DNA of 64,000 nt from an uncultured cyanobacterium (GCA_963793265.1 CAWBZI010000005.1:320001-384000), one strand, 5' to 3'; counted from the stretch's first letter, positions 38,665-49,370 are shown. Made by a program: numbers and translations. The notes: generated from the sequence alone by a model not told the origin.

Positions 38665-40176
38665 GTGGCTTATCCCGATTATCTAGAAAGAATATTAACG
38701 GCTCGCGTTTACGATGTAGCTCAAGAGACGCCGTTAGAAAAGGCTGCTCGATTATCTGAACGACTAAGCAATAACGTCCTACTCAAACGAGAAGACGTGC
38801 AGTCCGTTTTTTCGTTCAAGCTGCGCGGTGCATACAACAAAATGGCTCAGCTTTCGCCTGAATTATTAGGGTGCGGCGTGATCGCAGCTTCGGCGGGCAA
38901 CCATGCGCAAGGGGTAGCACTAGCAGCTCAAAGGCTAGGAACTACGGCGATGATCGTGATGCCAGTGACGACGCCGCAGGTAAAGGTGGACGCGGTAAAG
39001 GCGAGGGGTGGCACTGTGGTGCTGCATGGTGATAGCTACGATGACGCTTATGCTCACGCTCGCCAGCTAGAAGCAGAGAAAGGACTGACGTTTATTCATC
39101 CGTTTGACGATCCTGACGTGATTGCCGGGCAGGGCACGATCGGGATGGAGATTTTGCGGCAGTATCAGCAGCCGATTCATGCTGTTTTTATTGCGATTGG
39201 TGGAGGGGGGTTGATTTCAGGGGTTGCAGCTTATATCAAGCGTTTGCGGCCTGAGATTAAAATTATTGGGGTGGAGCCGGTTGATTCGGATGCGATGAGT
39301 CAGTCTTTGGCGAAGGGCGATCGCGTCACCCTAAAGCAAGTTGGCCTATTTGCAGACGGCGTTGCCGTGCGGCAGGTAGGGGCAGAAACCTTTCGGCTAT
39401 GTCAGCAATATGTAGACGAAGTAATTTTGGTGAGCACAGACGATACCTGTGCGGCGATTAAGGACGTGTTTGAGGATACGCGCTCAATATTAGAACCGGC
39501 AGGAGCGCTGGCGATCGCTGGCATGAAAGCCTATGTGCAAAGGGAAGGAATTGCAGGAGAGACGCTGGTTGCGATCGCCTGTGGGGCCAACATGAACTTC
39601 GATCGCCTGCGCTTTGTCTCTGAGCGCGCTGAACTGGGCGAGGGCCGAGAGGCCGTCTTTGCAGTCACCATTCCAGAACGGCCCGGTAGCCTCAGAAAGT
39701 TTTGCGACATTTTAGGCAATCACAGCATCAGCGAATTTAACTACCGCATTGCCGATCGCGACCGGGCGCATATTTTTATCGGCATCAAGGTAAAAGGCCG
39801 AGCCGACGCGCAGGCGATTGAGCAGACCTTTCGAGACAACGGCTTTAAAACGCTCAACCTCACTGACGATGAACTTGCCAAAATGCATCTGCGGCACATG
39901 GTTGGCGGTAAATCTTCTTTAGCAGACTACGAACTACTCTATCGGTTTGAATTTCCTGAAAGGCCCGGCGCGCTTACCAACTTCGTCTCAGCCATGAGCC
40001 CTAACTGGAACATCAGCCTGTTTCACTACCGTAATCATGGCGCTGACTACGGCAGAATCGTCGTCGGTATGCAGGTGCCACCCGAAGAAATGAGCCAGTG
40101 GGAGGCTTTTTTGGACACGCTGGGCTACCGCTATTGGAACGAAAGCCACAATCCGGCCTATCAGCTCTTTTTATGA
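38665..40176 (+). CDS. ilvA: Threonine ammonia-lyase, biosynthetic
   Basis: LKREDVQSVFSFKLRGAYNKM, ASAGNHAQG, GGGGLISG, two ACT-like regulatory repeats (PERPG). Confidence 0.98.
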   Translation: MAYPDYLERILTARVYDVAQETPLEKAARLSERLSNNVLLKREDVQSVFSFKLRGAYNKMAQLSPELLGCGVIAASAGNHAQGVALAAQRLGTTAMIVMPVTTPQVKVDAVKARGGTVVLHGDSYDDAYAHARQLEAEKGLTFIHPFDDPDVIAGQGTIGMEILRQYQQPIHAVFIAIGGGGLISGVAAYIKRLRPEIKIIGVEPVDSDAMSQSLAKGDRVTLKQVGLFADGVAVRQVGAETFRLCQQYVDEVILVSTDDTCAAIKDVFEDTRSILEPAGALAIAGMKAYVQREGIAGETLVAIACGANMNFDRLRFVSERAELGEGREAVFAVTIPERPGSLRKFCDILGNHSISEFNYRIADRDRAHIFIGIKVKGRADAQAIEQTFRDNGFKTLNLTDDELAKMHLRHMVGGKSSLADYELLYRFEFPERPGALTNFVSAMSPNWNISLFHYRNHGADYGRIVVGMQVPPEEMSQWEAFLDTLGYRYWNESHNPAYQLFL

Positions 40177-40194
40177 GGCTCTTTTTATAAGGCG

Positions 40195-41547
40195 CTATTG
40201 CAAATCTACCCGCGTGGCATAGGCTTTGCCCTCGATATATTTGATAGCAGCCGTGACTTTAACGCCGCGCTCCAAACGCGGGAAAACATCAGCGTTGATG
40301 TACTTCTGATGGAAGAGAATATCTTTGGTGCCATCGTCGGGTGCGATGTAGCCGTGAAAGTTACCTTCTTTGAGTGTGAAAAGAAGCTTGACGACACCGT
40401 TTTTAACAGGCCGATCTTCAAAGACAGGTGCTATGGATTTACTTCGCTCTGATTGCTTGCTTTGCTTTGCTTCAGGCGCTGTGGTTTGTTCGGCTTCAGG
40501 CAGCGCAAATGTCTTAGTTTGGGCGATCGCCTCGCCTTCAATCGGCGGTGCTAAAGGCTCTATGTCAGCTACATAGTCTTCGGTTGCATAGTCTTCAACT
40601 ACATTGTCTCTATCAACAGGCAGCGACCAGGGATAGGGCAGTGTCTCAACTTTGCCATCTATAGCCGCCTCGTCAGCTACATCGTCTTCCGTCTCAATCA
40701 AAATCTGAGCCGGTAAAGCGGGTGATTCAGCCTCCTCAACTGCTGTCTCGGCCTCAGCGGCTGCTATGCTTTCGTCTAGTGGCTCGTCTTCTAACGACTC
40801 ATCGGCAAGCAGCTCATCACCCCTTTCGTCAGTAGCGATCGCCTCACGCTCAATAATATCGAAGCTAAACAGCGTTGCTTGCTCTAGTTCAACCACCTGT
40901 TCTGGCTCAGTGGCCTGCGTTGAGTCTGGTGAAGATGTATCAAGAGAGGAAGAAGGTTGCAGCGGACTTTCTGAGTTGAAAGGCTCTGGGACTTCATCTA
41001 GGTCTGTAGCTTCTACAGCAGGTAGCAGGTCGTGAATGCCTGGGAGCTGACCATCAGGCATTCTTTTCAGGCTGCGCATCGGCATATCAGCGCTGTTAGC
41101 TTCTGTAGCTGATGATTCGTCAGGCTTTAAGGGAGAGCCCATCAGCTCGGATACCTCTGTCGGAAAGGCTGGGCTGACTATCTTGATGTCCGGTAATGCT
41201 GCCGAAGCGACATCCGCACGCCTGTGGGTGTCGGAAGGCTCAGAAGGTAGCTCGGGCGTAGAGTCACTGACGAGTGGCTGAGGTGACGACCGGTTTATGA
41301 CTGGATCTTCTGTAATTTCGGTAGTGGCTGTAGCTGGCTCAGGAGTCGGCGATACGGCTGGTTTAGAAATTGGATCTATGACCGGCACAGTAGGGCGTGA
41401 GGTGCCGATCGTACGGTTACTGCCTAGCGCAGGCCCTCTGCTGTCAGCATCGCGCTTAGGCTGACTCGGTGCAGGCGAACTGCCGCGCTTTTTGCCTAAT
41501 ATATTCTGCAATTTGTGTAGTAGCCAATTCATAAACCGTTTCAGCAT
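40195..41547 (-). CDS. Acidic low-complexity protein with a C-terminal cold-shock-like (OB-fold) domain
   Basis: C-terminal GVVK....EGNFHGYIAPDDGTKDILFHQK...LERGVKV...KAYATRV; N-terminal amphipathic helix; P/E/S-rich middle. Confidence 0.7.
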   Translation of the reverse strand: MLKRFMNWLLHKLQNILGKKRGSSPAPSQPKRDADSRGPALGSNRTIGTSRPTVPVIDPISKPAVSPTPEPATATTEITEDPVINRSSPQPLVSDSTPELPSEPSDTHRRADVASAALPDIKIVSPAFPTEVSELMGSPLKPDESSATEANSADMPMRSLKRMPDGQLPGIHDLLPAVEATDLDEVPEPFNSESPLQPSSSLDTSSPDSTQATEPEQVVELEQATLFSFDIIEREAIATDERGDELLADESLEDEPLDESIAAAEAETAVEEAESPALPAQILIETEDDVADEAAIDGKVETLPYPWSLPVDRDNVVEDYATEDYVADIEPLAPPIEGEAIAQTKTFALPEAEQTTAPEAKQSKQSERSKSIAPVFEDRPVKNGVVKLLFTLKEGNFHGYIAPDDGTKDILFHQKYINADVFPRLERGVKVTAAIKYIEGKAYATRVDLQ

Positions 41548-41945
41548 TGCGGCTGGCTCCTATGAATTCTTCATGGGTTGTGCACTGCGGTGGCCCCTTA
41601 TGTTACCAGTCGCTAGGGCTAGTCGCTAAGAAAGATAGGTAGCGCTGAGGGCCAGAAATTGTGTAAAGGCCATTACTTATGGCGTGGCTTCAGAACTTGC
41701 CAAATAATAAATACCGTAAAAGAGAGGTAGGTAATCGTGAACAGCCAATTTTGCCAGCTATCTGAGAGTTCCATAAAGCAGTCGCTAAGCTAAATAACTT
41801 AAGTTCTCATTATTTGTCCATTTTTACGGTTTTGTCGAGATTTTTCACGGTTAGAAATATTGTTACGGGCACTCTGTAAGTAGCTTTCCTCAGCAGCCTT
41901 CTGAGTATTGTCACTTACCCTCTTAAGCACAAAACTTGCATCCGT

Positions 41946-44900
41946 ATGAGCCAGGTATCTGCCAAAGCGATCGCTTCAAAAACCTCTCTAGTACTACTCC
42001 CTTTCCTAAGTATTGTTGCACCTGCTGCTGACGCATTTGCTCAGGTCGTGTCGGCTGAGGGTGTCACGACGGTAGATTTTGTAGGCGATCGCATCGACAT
42101 TACGGGGGGTTATAACACGAGTGACAATACCAACCTTTTCCATAGTTTTGATCAGTTCGATGTCTCCGATGGACAGACCGCTAACTTTGTCATTGCCCCG
42201 ACCGTCCAGAATGTTATTGGCAAAGTAAATAGCAGCAGCGCTTCTACTATCGACGGAACGCTACAAGTGAGCGGTAGCAGTGCCAGCTTGTATCTGATGA
42301 ATCCAGCGGGTGTTTTGATAGGGCCAAACGCACAGCTCAATTTATCAGGCGGGTTTACAGCGACAACGGCAACCAGTCTTGAATTTAACGGCGGCTATGC
42401 AAATGTATTGGGCGCTAGCGACTATAGCGAATTAACCGGAGATCCAACAGCATTTCACTTTGCGACCGATCAACCAGGAGCGATCGTCAACTTGGGCGAC
42501 CTCAGCGTCTCTCAAGAACAGTCGTTGAGTTTGATGGGTGGCACTGTTGTAAATGATGGCAAGTTGAATGCGCCTGAAGGGACAGTAGCGATCGCGGCTA
42601 CAGAAGGCAACAATACTATTCGGATCTCACAAGAGAATCAACTGCTGTCTTTAGAAATAGAAGCAGGCGCTTTTCCAACTGACACAGGCGGCGCGATTAC
42701 AGCCGAAAGTATTAGCCAAATGCTGACAGGTGGAAGCTCAACAAGCGCCACAGCTTTGACGACGCAGGCGAATGGAACAGTACAGCTAGGCCAAACACCT
42801 ATTGATGAAAGCGGCGGCAATGCCGTCATTTCGGGAAGTCTTTCCGCTAATAGTGCGATAGGCAGCAATATCGCCTACATAGCAGCGACAAAAGACATCA
42901 CTCTGACAGAACTCATTAATAATGAACTATACTTTCCGGCGCGCGCATCGCTAACGTTTGCCGCCGATGCCGATAGCAATGGCGTAGGACGCTTTGAAAT
43001 GAATCAAGGTGGTGCTATCGGCACTGATGGCGGCACTATCAACATCTCAGGAGCGGGTATTACAGCAGGTCACCTGAGAACAGACCTGACGAGCAATAAC
43101 AGCAGCAGCGGCGGCGACATTAGGCTTATTAGCAGTCGCGAAGTATCGGTAAACGCTATCAGCACTAACAGCTATTCTTTCAGTAACAACGCTGGCGATG
43201 GCGGCGATATTAGAGTAGAGGCCAACGGCGGTGATATTTTTGTTAGCGATCGAATTAAAACATGGTCTTCGGCAGCAGGCAATAATGCTGGCAGGGGCGG
43301 AGACGTTGACTTAGAGGCTGAAGGTAGTATCACGATTGCCGGAACGAGCAGCGTAGGAATTTCGTCAGGTTCTTATGCAGAGCGAAATAATGCGGGTGCA
43401 GGTGGAAGAATAACACTTACGTCGAGAGCAGGAAACATTGTTGCCGAGAGCGGTCTTTATACGCAATCGCGGGCCGACAGAAACAATACAGCAGCAGGTG
43501 GAGAGATTGCTATATCGGCCTTAGCAGGTGAGGTAAGCGTAGGGGATCTTTTAAGCTCATCGGCGGCGAATAACAACGCTGGCAATGGCGGCGATATCTC
43601 TATAGAAGCAAGAGTTATTCAAGCAGAAAGTATTAACACCAACGCAGGAAGCGATGCTGGCACTATTAACTTGTCAGGGAGCGAGCAGATTGTTGTGAGA
43701 GGAGGGCTATCGGCTATCTCGAACGATGGTGGGAGTGATGCTGATATCACTCTAACAAGCAATTTTATTAATCTCCTCGGAGAAAATAGCTCATCAGTTG
43801 ATGGAAAGAGCGTTTGGTTCAAACCTAGTGATATCGATACGGATATTGCGATAGGAGGACAGAATGAAGTCCCTGGCCTGAATATACTACAAAGAGATAT
43901 TGATACGATTGGCAGCGTAGATGAAATTATTATTGGACTGACGGATGGTGCAGGCACCATTAACATAGAGCCGAGCGTAGTCAACGAGGCAAACGCGAGA
44001 GCCCCCGTTAGCATCATTGGGGGCAAAACACTCGCTGGGCCTAATCAGAGCGATAACCGATTTAGCTTAACGGGATCGGGGCAAGGGAGCCTGCTGGGCA
44101 TCAATCTTGAGTTCTCGAATATTGAGAACTTAATAGGTGGTGATTTAACTAACCGTTTTCTGATAGAACCTGGTGCATCGTTAGAAGACTTTGATCGCAT
44201 TTCGGGAGGTACTGGCATCAGTGCTATTAGCTACGAAAACTCGCCTGGCAGCGTGACCGTTGATTTATCAGCCGTAGAAGTTGAAGATATTAGTCAAATT
44301 GTCGGCAACAGTGGCGGTAGTACGCTGCGCGGTGGAACGGGCGACAACTTTTGGACAATTCTTAGTGAGAATAGCGGCGTTATTAATGGCCTCGTTTTTG
44401 CAGGATTTGAAAATCTGCTAGGTGGCGCAGGACAAAATAGCTTTGTTATTGAAGCGGGTGGTTCTGTTGAAAGCATTGTTGGTGGTGGCAACGATGTGAT
44501 TAGCTACAACTATAGTAGCGAATCAACCGTGAGCGTTTTTGGCGATCGCGCAACTGGGATATCGTCTTTTAGCGACATAGAGCGGATTGAGAGTGGCGAT
44601 CGCAATATTTCATTAATCGGCTCTGACGCAGACGACACTTTTTTCATCACGAGCGATCGCACTGCTAGCTTCAACAGCATTACTGTTTCAGATATTCAAA
44701 GCATAGAGGGAAGAGAGGGCGCAGACACACTTGACTACAGTACGTATAGCGATCGCGTTTTAATCAATGCAGGCGATCAAACGGCAACGGGCGTTCCACA
44801 ATTTAGCAGCGTAGAAACCATCGTCGGCAGTGCTTATGAGGATGTTATTGAGGGATCTAATAACGCTGATATTTTCGAGGTTTTAGATAATAGTAATGTT

Positions 44901-47876
44901 AGAACGCTTGGCATGACGTTTTTTGACTTTGAAGTACTTGAAGGGAAAGAAGGTGCTGATGAAATCACACTGTACGGACTACCTATTGGTGGTGATAGTG
45001 AAGGAATCTATTGGAGCTTTGATGGAGAGCAAAACTCAGTTTTGAGCTTTGAATTCGACGGCTTTGAAAGATTAGTTGGCAGCACAGGTTCAGATACTTT
45101 CGATATCAATGGAGAGAATTTTTCATCCGACTTAACCATCAGAGGTGGCAGTGAAACAGGCAATCGCATTATCTCCAATAGCCGTGATTCAACTTGGAGA
45201 ATTGGTGATGCTGATGCGAATCTTCCTGGCAAAGATAGAGGAGAACTTCGGCAAGGCAACGAAACCTTACTGGCCTTCAGCGAGATTCAAAATATTCAGA
45301 ATGACAGCTTAGACTCTCAAGGACACACCGTAAGCTTTTTGAACTATAGCTCTCAAATCACAGAGTCTATTGACAGTGGCACAGCCGATCTTACGCTAAT
45401 TGGTAACGACATAAATATTGGCGAAGATAGTAGCGCTAATAATATTGGCGGCGGAATCTCAGGTGAAGGCAGGCTTACGATTCGCCCGCAAGACTCATGG
45501 GTTAGCATCGAACTGGGCGAAACAGATACTAGAGGGCCAGCGCTAAACATTACTGAAGGAGAGATTAGTGCTATTCAGGACGGGTTTTCTGAGATTGTTA
45601 TTGGGGGGGCAGAGCAGGTAGGAGAGATTCGTCTGTTAGGCGATGTTAGGTTTTCTAATGGGGTGGTGTTGCGATCGCAAGGCAATATAGATATTGAAGA
45701 CAATGAGCTATTCACCTCACGCGGCAATATTCTACTGGACACATCAGGCAATATCAGCGGCGGCAATATCACCGCGCTTGATGGTAGCGTCACCCTGAGC
45801 GCTTTGGGAAACATTAACGCTGGTACGATTATTGCGCGTGGCGAACAGGGCATTAGCGTGATTAGTGAAACAGGTAGCATGACAGCAACCGGCTCAATTG
45901 ATAGCAGCGGTAGCGTAAACGGAGGAGATGTTGAGATCTCAGCTAAAACCGATATATCTGTCGAGAGCATTACAACAGAAGGGGGGCAAAATAGCGGAGA
46001 CGTGACTATCCGCTCGCTGCAAGGCGGCATTACGGCGCGCGGAATTACAACAGCTAACGGCAATATTAACAACGGTGTGTCGCCTCGTCGCGCAGGCGAT
46101 GTTGACTTAGAAAGCTGGGGAGGCATTTCCGTAGCGTTCATTGATGCGCGTAGTCGAGGCGGCGGCAATACTGAGGCGACTCAGATTGATATTAAAACCG
46201 ACGAGGATTTTAGCGCGACGGGATCTATTGAAAATGCTGAAACGAGGATTTTTGAAGGCGGTTCGAGCACGGCGGCGAGTATCTCTACAGTAGGAGCAAA
46301 AGCAGGCAATATAAATATTAGCTATGGCAATCCTGACCGCGCTGCTACGCTTTTTCAAGTTGGAGCTGACACCGGCAACGGCACCGCTTTTAGACTTGAG
46401 ACTAGCCCAACAAACACTATTGTCTCAGGAGAAATTTTTACTAGCTACTACAGCCAGGGTAATATTCGGCTCTTAAACAGAGGCTATTTCTCAACTGAAA
46501 CCGCCGACGTGCCAGCGACTCGTGTTATCACGACCGTCGCCAATATTCCTGAAATTCGCCAGATAGCCGTTACCGATGATAGTGAAGCTGACGAAATTTA
46601 TCAGCAGATAGAAGAGAGAAACGATCAGGCTTTTGAAGACTACTGGGGTACCACAAGTCGCGATCGCAATCGTAAAACGGTATCGCTTGCAGCGGCACAG
46701 AACGCACTAGGAGAGATTCAACGTTCTACGACTGTCAATCCAGCGCTCGTATATGTTTATTTTGTGCCGGATGCTGAGTTAGAAGCGTCGGTTAGCATCA
46801 GAACAGATGACGAAGCAAGATCAAGTGACCAGTTAGAGGTGATGCTGATTACTCAAGACGGCATACCAGTTCGACAGCGGCAGTGGGGAATCACTCGTCA
46901 GCAGGTAGACGAAGCGAGCTATGCGCTACGGCAACAGGTCACCAGTCAGTTTTCGATCCCTCGGCAGTATCTGCCTCCCGCGCAGCAGCTTTATCGCTGG
47001 ATTGTGGCACCGATTGCCGAAACGCTGCAAGCGCAAAACGTAGATAGCTTGGGATTTGTCATGGATACGGGACTACGAACGCTGCCCATATCGGCTTTGC
47101 ACGATGGCGATCGCTACTTGGTAGAAAACTACAGCTTAGGGCTCCTTCCTAGCTTGAGCCTAGCGCAAATCGGTAGCGCCTCGTATCACCAGAATAATTT
47201 CAGCGAAACAAGGGTTCTCGCAATGGGTGCTTCTCGCTTTAGAGATCAGCCTGATTTACCTGCAGTAGAGGCAGAGGTTAGCCTGATTGCGGAAGGATTG
47301 GGAGAAGGAGATGCTTTCTTGAACGAAGACTTTGTTTTAGAAACGCTACAAAGTCAGATAGACAAAGAAGACTATGGAATCATTCACTTGGCTACCCATG
47401 CTACGTTTGAATCAGGCAATCTGGAGAATTCTTATATTCAGCTTTGGGATGAAAAGCTACCGCTAGAGAAGCTAAATGATCTGCGCTTAGATCAAGAGGA
47501 TTTGAGCATGATTATCTTAAGTGCTTGTAATACGGCGGTGGGCGATCGCTCAGCAGAGTACGGTTTTGCAGGACTTGCAGTCGGCGCAGGCGCGCAGTCA
47601 GCGCTCGCAAGCCTGTGGCCTGTCAATGATGAAGGCACACTCGGCTTTATGACGCAGTTTTACGATCGGTTGGCAGAGGCTACGGTACCGACAGAGGCAC
47701 TACAGCACGCCCAAATTCGATTGATCAGCGGAGATGTCGGTATTCGCGATGGAGAAATCTACGGACTAAACGATGAAGTATTAGCCGATTTACCTGCGCT
47801 CAGAGAGAGCGGTCGCTGGGACTTCTCACATCCGTTTTATTGGTCAGCGTTCACGATGATCGGAAATCCCTGGTAG
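41946..47876 (+). CDS. TpsA-like haemagglutinin/beta-helix protein fused to a C-terminal CHAT protease domain (1976 aa)
   Basis: NLFHSFDQFDV...LYLMNPAGVLIG TPS domain; GG-I repeats; F..IE.L.GG repeats; IIHLATHATF (His), ILSACNTA (Cys), HPFYWSAFTMIGNPW. Confidence 0.92.
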   Translation: MSQVSAKAIASKTSLVLLPFLSIVAPAADAFAQVVSAEGVTTVDFVGDRIDITGGYNTSDNTNLFHSFDQFDVSDGQTANFVIAPTVQNVIGKVNSSSASTIDGTLQVSGSSASLYLMNPAGVLIGPNAQLNLSGGFTATTATSLEFNGGYANVLGASDYSELTGDPTAFHFATDQPGAIVNLGDLSVSQEQSLSLMGGTVVNDGKLNAPEGTVAIAATEGNNTIRISQENQLLSLEIEAGAFPTDTGGAITAESISQMLTGGSSTSATALTTQANGTVQLGQTPIDESGGNAVISGSLSANSAIGSNIAYIAATKDITLTELINNELYFPARASLTFAADADSNGVGRFEMNQGGAIGTDGGTINISGAGITAGHLRTDLTSNNSSSGGDIRLISSREVSVNAISTNSYSFSNNAGDGGDIRVEANGGDIFVSDRIKTWSSAAGNNAGRGGDVDLEAEGSITIAGTSSVGISSGSYAERNNAGAGGRITLTSRAGNIVAESGLYTQSRADRNNTAAGGEIAISALAGEVSVGDLLSSSAANNNAGNGGDISIEARVIQAESINTNAGSDAGTINLSGSEQIVVRGGLSAISNDGGSDADITLTSNFINLLGENSSSVDGKSVWFKPSDIDTDIAIGGQNEVPGLNILQRDIDTIGSVDEIIIGLTDGAGTINIEPSVVNEANARAPVSIIGGKTLAGPNQSDNRFSLTGSGQGSLLGINLEFSNIENLIGGDLTNRFLIEPGASLEDFDRISGGTGISAISYENSPGSVTVDLSAVEVEDISQIVGNSGGSTLRGGTGDNFWTILSENSGVINGLVFAGFENLLGGAGQNSFVIEAGGSVESIVGGGNDVISYNYSSESTVSVFGDRATGISSFSDIERIESGDRNISLIGSDADDTFFITSDRTASFNSITVSDIQSIEGREGADTLDYSTYSDRVLINAGDQTATGVPQFSSVETIVGSAYEDVIEGSNNADIFEVLDNSNVRTLGMTFFDFEVLEGKEGADEITLYGLPIGGDSEGIYWSFDGEQNSVLSFEFDGFERLVGSTGSDTFDINGENFSSDLTIRGGSETGNRIISNSRDSTWRIGDADANLPGKDRGELRQGNETLLAFSEIQNIQNDSLDSQGHTVSFLNYSSQITESIDSGTADLTLIGNDINIGEDSSANNIGGGISGEGRLTIRPQDSWVSIELGETDTRGPALNITEGEISAIQDGFSEIVIGGAEQVGEIRLLGDVRFSNGVVLRSQGNIDIEDNELFTSRGNILLDTSGNISGGNITALDGSVTLSALGNINAGTIIARGEQGISVISETGSMTATGSIDSSGSVNGGDVEISAKTDISVESITTEGGQNSGDVTIRSLQGGITARGITTANGNINNGVSPRRAGDVDLESWGGISVAFIDARSRGGGNTEATQIDIKTDEDFSATGSIENAETRIFEGGSSTAASISTVGAKAGNINISYGNPDRAATLFQVGADTGNGTAFRLETSPTNTIVSGEIFTSYYSQGNIRLLNRGYFSTETADVPATRVITTVANIPEIRQIAVTDDSEADEIYQQIEERNDQAFEDYWGTTSRDRNRKTVSLAAAQNALGEIQRSTTVNPALVYVYFVPDAELEASVSIRTDDEARSSDQLEVMLITQDGIPVRQRQWGITRQQVDEASYALRQQVTSQFSIPRQYLPPAQQLYRWIVAPIAETLQAQNVDSLGFVMDTGLRTLPISALHDGDRYLVENYSLGLLPSLSLAQIGSASYHQNNFSETRVLAMGASRFRDQPDLPAVEAEVSLIAEGLGEGDAFLNEDFVLETLQSQIDKEDYGIIHLATHATFESGNLENSYIQLWDEKLPLEKLNDLRLDQEDLSMIILSACNTAVGDRSAEYGFAGLAVGAGAQSALASLWPVNDEGTLGFMTQFYDRLAEATVPTEALQHAQIRLISGDVGIRDGEIYGLNDEVLADLPALRESGRWDFSHPFYWSAFTMIGNPW

Positions 47877-47919
47877 ATTTCACGTTAGTAAGTCTGATGC
47901 CTATCACTGCGGGCTACGG

Positions 47920-48408
47920 CTACACAGTAGGGCAAGCAAAGAGTGCGCCTCTAGCTTGAAAGTCAGCGATTTGTGCTTCCGATAGCTCTATTGGGGCACT
48001 GAAGATTGTTTTGCTAAAGATAGCGTCTCTAAGATTTGTTCTACGCAAGTCGGCACCGCTAAAATCGGCATCGCACAAGTCAGCTTTGTAGAAGGCGGCT
48101 TCGCTCAGATCGGCGCGGAAGAAGTCAGCTTTACGCAAGTCGGCCTCGCTGAGATTAGCACGATGAAGGTTAGCACCGCTGAAGTTAGCACCCTTCAAGT
48201 TGGCCTTGATGAGATTAGTCTTAGAGAAGTTGGCCCCAAAGAAATCAGCTCCGCTCAGATTTGCTTTGTAGAGATTAGCGCCGCTGAGTTTGGCTTGTGC
48301 TAAGTTGGCATCGGCTAAATCAGGTAGCACTCTAGGATTTTCTCTGCGCCACTGATTCCATGCCTGCGAGCCTTGAGAGAGTTTAAATAGGTGTTTTAGA
48401 TTGGCCAT
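47920..48408 (-). CDS. Pentapeptide-repeat protein
   Basis: MAN..HL..L.QG..AWNQWR.ENP...PDL followed by A(D/N)(L/F)xx repeats. Confidence 0.92.
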   Translation of the reverse strand: MANLKHLFKLSQGSQAWNQWRRENPRVLPDLADANLAQAKLSGANLYKANLSGADFFGANFSKTNLIKANLKGANFSGANLHRANLSEADLRKADFFRADLSEAAFYKADLCDADFSGADLRRTNLRDAIFSKTIFSAPIELSEAQIADFQARGALFACPTV

Positions 48409-48669
48409 AGGGTTATTAAGTTGGCGAAGGCTTTAAAAAAGGTTGAATTAGTTGGGTTTTCTCTAGAAGATAAAAAGCTTATTTTGTAATTATTTGTAAA
48501 TGTGAGATCTGTGATTAAAAGAGTCTTTATGGTATGTATTATTGACTGTTTTAGCAGTCTTTTAACACGTCTTTCAGCGGATTTGTGTCGCCTTTTACAG
48601 TGTCATACTGCCTCTGTAGAAATGTTATTGCGGGAGTCATAGAGCTACTTTCTCGGGTGTACCTGAGAG

Positions 48670-49348
48670 ATGTTACTTAGACAGAGGTTTCAGAGCGTGA
48701 GCGGCATCTGTATAGATGGTTTTAATAAGGCAGAGACAGCAGCGTTTTTAGCCCTGTCAAGCTTGCTAGGAATAGGCGCAACTGCGATGCCCTCCTATGC
48801 TTAGACTTTGGTTTGACAGCGCTCAGTTTGACGCGATCGCAAACCCCGACTACAGCATCCTCAACGGAAACCCAACAGCTTTTCAACTTAATAACTCACA
48901 GTCAGGCGCAGTCGTTAATCTTGGAAATTTGCGCGTTGGTTACAGCCAAAATCTGAGCCTAATCGGCGGGACTGTCATCAACACAGATAGCTTAATCGCA
49001 CCAGCAGGCAGTATTAATATTGCAGCAGTAGAGGGCGAAAATATTGTTCGCATCAGCCAAAACAATCAGCTTTTGTCTCTAGAGGTAGAGGCTAGGCCAT
49101 TGCAAACGATGTCAGAGATTACGCCAGAGGGTATCGGAGAGATGCTGACAGGAAGTGGGTTTGAGGATGCAACAGCTTGGGTGAAAGAGGCCAATGGGAC
49201 GGTTCGGTTGAGAAATGCTGAAGTTGCTGTTGATGAAAGGGGAGGGGAGGTGATCGCGACACTCCCTGGGCTAGCAGAAAGTGGCCAGTGGGATTTTTCA
49301 CATCCCTTTTACTGGTCGGCATTCACCATGATCGACAATCCCTGGTAG
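48670..49348 (+). pseudogene. Internally deleted relic of a TpsA-CHAT paralog
   Basis: 48670-48804 encodes a signal-peptide-like MLLRQ...LLGIGATAMPSYA*. 48797-49348 aligns by eye to about aa 145-290 of the 1976-aa protein, then jumps to its last ~30 aa (EVIATLPGLAESGQWDFSHPFYWSAFTMIDNPW). Confidence 0.8.
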
Positions 49349-49370
49349 AGCCCCATCGTGAGGACGGGGC
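49347..49370. repeat. Short dispersed hairpin repeat, copy 2
   Basis: AGAGCCCCATCGTGAGGACGGGGC, matching 26055-26079. Confidence 0.5.

Noticed and set aside
47920..48408. Pentapeptide gene as an immunity protein for the TpsA-CHAT fusion
   Set aside because: It is convergent rather than co-transcribed, and this family is abundant throughout cyanobacterial genomes.
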